Below, piece after piece: positions 60,301 to 64,000 of a stretch of DNA of 64,000 nt. Source of the DNA: Tortispora ganteri (lineage: Eukaryota); contig PPNB01000002.1 in the NCBI GenBank assembly GCA_003707115.1, forward strand, positions 62,001 through 126,000, written 5' to 3'. The notes beneath the pieces were generated by a model, which was given only the letters and a program-made list of their open reading frames with translations, was not told the origin of the DNA and ran no database searches. The stretch's first letter is position 1. Each line of letters begins with the position of its first letter. The position numbers were made by a program, and so were the translations under genes.

Positions 60301-61861
60301 TGCTAACGCACATGCAGACTGTTATCGATTTTTATGTTTGTGAGCGAAGAGGGCCTACTGTGAGAAATTTTGGGAGAGTTAATTGCGTTTTTATAGAGAT
60401 CACACGAAGCAAATGTTTTCGTAAGCAGCTGTTACGGTTCTGTAACGCCTTCGCTCGTAAAGACGCGCTAGTTCGTAACTTCAATCAATATAAACGCTTT
60501 CATATAGAACTTAAACCCTATTGGATATCACAAACTATCATCCACATGCCTTTTATAGACTATCACAGATTTTCAATTAATATGATTAGTTTAGAAAGAA
60601 AATGCGTATTATTACAAGCTGTTTTTCTCTGCAGCCCCTGATCTACTGTTACATCATCTAGAACGCATCTCACCCGTCAAAACCTGTTGAAGATGGCAGC
60701 GCAATAGCGGTTCAAACTTGTTTCTTATTAAAGTTTTAGCAAAGTTTACTCCACAGTTGACGTGCCGTATAGCTAATTTGCTACCGCGAAACTTGTACGA
60801 CATACGTCGCCATGATGAACAACAATACAGGAATACAAAATCAATCAAAATAAGTAGATACTAATTACTTATTGAGTTAAGCCTGTACAAAAATGTTTAT
60901 AAATCTCAGTCCATAGGTGAGATGGCGAGGTGCACGTTAATACATTCAGTACCCCTGCTGTAAATGAACTGTTTAAAATAAACTTTATATTATTTTGCCT
61001 TACTGTTAACGGCATAAAAACTTTCCATATGTGATCGCTGTAAACGCAGTATACGCATCTTCTATTGACATTGATATCTGAGTCTATGGTAAGTACGTCA
61101 AGCTCTAGTATTTAGTATAAAAAAATCAATACGTAAATATACAAACATTGTTTGATCGGGGTCGATGCTAGTAACAATTATCATCCCTTTCATGGCTTAT
61201 TATAAGCAACTACCCTATCTTGGCGTTGTGACTAGTGTCTCCTTTCATTTGAGGCTGAATGTCTACAGATGCATATGTTCAGGTCCATTTGATTGAAAGT
61301 TACTTTTATTTAACCTTTATATACAAAAATATTGGCACCTGAATTCATCTAATAAAGTCCAGCTCTGCAGAATATGTATGTATCTGCTAAACCTTGCTAA
61401 AAATAGTAACAGTCCCTACAAAGTTTGCTGCAGATCGGAATGAAGTGAGTCCGAAGTAACCTCGCTAACGTATATAATACTTTTTTAGTTCTCTATTGCA
61501 ATTATTGACTTGCTTATACATATCGGCTAGAATCCGTTACCCTTTCTGATTTCAATAAATTCTCTTTGTTGAGAGATTTTCGCGTTTCAATTAGAATAAG
61601 CCTCACACAGAAGGTTGTTTCGAAACTACCGTCGCGACCGCCTAACCTACAATAACTGATTCCTTTTCAATATCTTTATAAATATATTTTGTAGATTTAC
61701 AGGTAATCACTCATTAAAAATAGTTAATTTGCTAGCCTCATCTACCACCTGTATACGGCAAATTTAGACCTTTGTTGAATTAAATAAAGGTTACCCTGCG
61801 CAATTGCCTCCTGAAATCCTGATCCCATTTTTCTTAAGCTGACATGATAACAACACCATAA

Positions 61862-62791
61862 ATGCTAGGAATTAGATCAAAGATATCTGCATTGCGAGAA
61901 TATCTCACACCTGTTTCTACTGTCTCTACTTACCAGAAGACGGGAGAAATTACTCCGGAAGAGTTTGTGGCTGCAGGCGACTTCTTAGTGTATAAATTCC
62001 CCACATGGGAGTGGTTTGATGTGACCCCTAGTAAGCGAAGAGAGTTCTTGCCTGAAAACAAACAAGTTCTGATAACGCGGCTCGTTCCTTCATATATGCG
62101 GGCGAATAATGACGAAGGGAATAAGCTTGCAGAGGTACTTTTAGGTGAAGATAGCTTAGAGGCTGAAAACGATGGTGGCTGGACAGAAATAGAATCAGCG
62201 ATAAAGTCCAAAGCGGCGGCGGTCGATGAAAAGAGGAATGACGCTATAGCAGATATAGAAGCAGTTGATGCAGACGAAGTAGATGACTTTGATGCAGCTG
62301 GACCGGCTGAGTCTAACAATGACCATGATCTGTCTCAAAAACGCACATACAACTTGTACATCACGTACTCGTTATCCTACAGAGTCCCTAAGATGTACCT
62401 TTCGGGGTTCAACGCGGATGGTATGCCGCTTTCTGCAGACGAAATGGCTGAAGACGTTATCGGCGAATATAAGGACAAGACCGTGACAATTGAGAAGGCG
62501 CCGTTTATGGAAGATCAAACTATGATCTCTATTCATCCGTGCAAGCACGCAAATGTCATGAGAGTGTTACTCGGCAAGGCAGAAGACAAATTTATAGAGT
62601 CTCAGAAACCGGAAGATTTGGCAGAAGGAATAAAAAACTTGTCTGTTGGCGAGGATAACGAATGGGAACAGATTGATGACTCTCATGCTGAAAGCGCTGT
62701 TCCCGTAACGCACTATATGATTTATTTTTTGAAATTTATTTCAAGTGTTACCCCGGGTATTGAGCATGACTACACTATGGGTGCTTTATAG
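61862..62791 (+). CDS. ATG3: Autophagy E2-like conjugating enzyme Atg3
   Basis: REYLTPV...TGEITPEEFVAAGDFLVYKFPTW, RTYNLYITYS..YRVPKMYL, catalytic HPCKHA, AIM-like WEQI and C-terminal IEHDYTM. Confidence 0.97.
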   Translation: MLGIRSKISALREYLTPVSTVSTYQKTGEITPEEFVAAGDFLVYKFPTWEWFDVTPSKRREFLPENKQVLITRLVPSYMRANNDEGNKLAEVLLGEDSLEAENDGGWTEIESAIKSKAAAVDEKRNDAIADIEAVDADEVDDFDAAGPAESNNDHDLSQKRTYNLYITYSLSYRVPKMYLSGFNADGMPLSADEMAEDVIGEYKDKTVTIEKAPFMEDQTMISIHPCKHANVMRVLLGKAEDKFIESQKPEDLAEGIKNLSVGEDNEWEQIDDSHAESAVPVTHYMIYFLKFISSVTPGIEHDYTMGAL

Positions 62792-62828
62792 GTAATTAGA
62801 ATATTTATGCTAGTAAAATGATATTCCG

Positions 62829-63686
62829 TTAAACCATATTATCAACAGCCGATATGACTTCTGGTGGGGGTTCTTGTAAGATGATTTGCTCCATTCTGCG
62901 GGCACGGTAGTATTGGTAAAGCGCTCTAAATAATATGAATGAGCCAAGAGCTATTAGACCCCAAGATAACGCTATATTGTGCAGGACGGGTTGCTCAGTA
63001 GCAGTGACTTGCGAAGCTATTGCATGAGCGGTAGATTCGGATATGTCGAAATTATTAGGATCTGAAGGATTCGAGACTGAAGGATCGGAATGAGGATCAG
63101 TTGGTTGCGGCATTTTCCGTATAGAAATACCGTATTGAAGGATACAAAGTCCGAAACCAGCCCATGAGCCATTTTTTGATGAATGTGACGTATGAAGGGC
63201 GTAAGTAAACAAAAAGCCTACAAATTCGAACGAGTACGAGACTGCGAAGTTCCAAATAAACGATAGGACTGTTCCCACAGGCATTCCATCGACTAATATT
63301 TCATTGTAAATACCGGAAGAGAGCACGGTTGTTTCCCAATAAGGAGGGGCGGCGTCTGCAGCAGCTTGTTCGTAAGGTGGAAGTTCGTCATCGCGCTGCG
63401 TGCTGCCGGATCCTTCAGGCTTGGCCGGAATGTTAGCAAATACGCCATCATTCGAATTAAGAACAGGGGGAACTACATGGCAAATTCGCTCGTCAAGTGA
63501 GTTTGAAGACGCGAGCGTATCTGAGTCAGAAGGGTCGTCAAAAGCGGCAGATAGAGGATCTAAAGACTCTATGAGGTCAGTATGGTCATCATCGTCAGAA
63601 TCTAGGGTATATGCAGATGGATTTAGTAATTCCTGTGAGTTTCTTCGAGATTCAGGCTCAGAAATTGGCAGATAATGCTGCGGCAT
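62829..63686 (-). CDS. BSD2: Bsd2 / NDFIP-type Rsp5 adaptor membrane protein
   Basis: NDGVFANIPAKP, LPPYEQAAADAAPPYWETT (PY motifs) and GFLFTYALHTSHSSKNGS, with three TM segments. Confidence 0.92.
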   Translation of the reverse strand: MPQHYLPISEPESRRNSQELLNPSAYTLDSDDDDHTDLIESLDPLSAAFDDPSDSDTLASSNSLDERICHVVPPVLNSNDGVFANIPAKPEGSGSTQRDDELPPYEQAAADAAPPYWETTVLSSGIYNEILVDGMPVGTVLSFIWNFAVSYSFEFVGFLFTYALHTSHSSKNGSWAGFGLCILQYGISIRKMPQPTDPHSDPSVSNPSDPNNFDISESTAHAIASQVTATEQPVLHNIALSWGLIALGSFILFRALYQYYRARRMEQIILQEPPPEVISAVDNMV

Positions 63687-63820
63687 TGTTGATGTGCTAG
63701 GGTGGCCACAGTGTCGAGTATATGGTTGTGGAAAGAGGGCTAAGGGGTTATATAGTTTATACTCGTATTTGGGAAGTTTAGGCGGATACTAAGCCGGCAG
63801 AAAGAAGCACCGCGAAAACA

Positions 63821-64000
63821 ATGAACGTCGGTGATATCGTCGAAAGAAATGATTTCGAAGAGAGCAGCGATGAAGAGATCACAGTTGTAGAGGCTCCGCG
63901 GAGCGCATGGAAGAGCAAAAGTAAGGTAGGTCAAGATATATACGAGGCAATTGTGAAGACCCAACCTGAACCAGAGGAGAATGAAGGAGGGATTCACTTC
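63821..64000 (+). CDS. 5' end of a probable RNA polymerase II assembly factor (Rba50/RPAP1-like); runs off the right edge
   Basis: Open frame from ATG 63821 to the window end: MNVGDIVERNDFEE...SAWKSK...GIHF. The GDIVE start and S.WK resemble Rba50 N-termini; divergent from BSD2. Confidence 0.55.
   Translation, partial: MNVGDIVERNDFEESSDEEITVVEAPRSAWKSKSKVGQDIYEAIVKTQPEPEENEGGIHF

Noticed and set aside
60810..61082. ATGATGA box C-like word suggesting a C/D snoRNA
   Set aside because: No CTGA box D or terminal stem at a suitable distance, and no recognisable rRNA guide.
63740..63997. 85-aa minus-strand ORF in the track
   Set aside because: Antisense to the more plausible plus-strand ATG ORF at 63821; no recognisable motifs.
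1..64000. Transposons, LTRs or rRNA genes
   Set aside because: No transposase/RT/integrase ORFs, terminal repeats or rRNA-like sequence recognised.

Overview
Gene-dense, intron-poor fungal nuclear DNA, most consistent with a budding yeast outside the Saccharomycetaceae. Supporting points: standard code (CTG=Leu in the conserved FUR1 LLDPMLATG motif), three short GTAAGT...CTRAC...YAG introns, and DES1, CLPTM1, pyroglutamyl peptidase, ATG28-like and XanA-like genes plus a tRNA-Arg(UCG). About 33 protein genes and one tRNA are supported. Positions 1-48 kb and 62-64 kb are mostly compact housekeeping genes: P4-ATPase flippase, CTI6, TES1, BPH1, amino-acid permease, MFS transporter, YSY6, DES1, RCF3-like, LAA1, CWC21, PET100, PRP4, FUR1, ALG5, ARO80-like, ATG3, BSD2 and probably RBA50. 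Positions 48.4-61.8 kb look accessory, with long spacers. They hold a GPI-less GLEYA/PA14 adhesin, a XanA-type 2-oxoglutarate dioxygenase divergently paired with an unusual 8-TM + FemAB-like GNAT fusion, and an atypical Zn2Cys6 factor. That dioxygenase/membrane-GNAT/TF trio is the best candidate for an undescribed system. A second candidate is a glutaredoxin-like/pyroglutamyl-peptidase pair separated by only 2 nt (possible bicistronic unit). All calls come from reading motifs by eye; no searches were run.
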